This document shows positions 63,951-64,000 of a stretch of 64,000 nucleotides of DNA, piece by piece. Every line of letters begins with the position of its first letter. Position 1 is the first letter of the stretch. Origin of the DNA: Octopus sinensis (lineage: Eukaryota); NCBI RefSeq assembly GCF_006345805.1, contig NC_043018.1, positions 23,374,001 through 23,438,000 on the forward strand, given 5' to 3'. The notes under the pieces are model-generated. The model worked only from the letters and a program-made list of their open reading frames with translations, did not search any database and was not told the DNA's origin. Made by a program: the position numbers and the translations under genes.

Positions 63951-64000
63951 TGTGCCAAAATTTGAAACCATTATTGACCTTATGTAGTTGTTGTTTTGAT

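Overview
AT-rich animal genomic DNA, most likely octopus/coleoid cephalopod (inferred from the SINE families and the very high microsatellite density). No intact host protein-coding gene can be supported; nearly all ORFs in the track come from microsatellites or SINEs. The window is a mosaic of at least four SINE-like families, LINE remnants (RTE reverse transcriptase, two RLE-endonuclease fragments), hAT, mariner and piggyBac-type MITEs, Helitrons (two non-autonomous copies and a RepHel/Pif1 C-terminal remnant), micro- and minisatellites, and a 100-N assembly gap. The strongest hidden signal is about 15 type-I hammerhead ribozyme motifs from about 8 apparently unrelated sequence families. Most sit in or next to (TA)n tracts and many form head-to-head inverted pairs, as expected for Penelope-like element (PLE) termini. 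They include non-canonical catalytic cores (U3-A8, U6, C4). One is a tRNA-headed SINE ending in a hammerhead, inserted as an inverted dimer inside a single 12-bp target-site duplication, which makes it a candidate Penelope-mobilised ribozyme SINE. All calls are by eye; nothing was searched or folded computationally.
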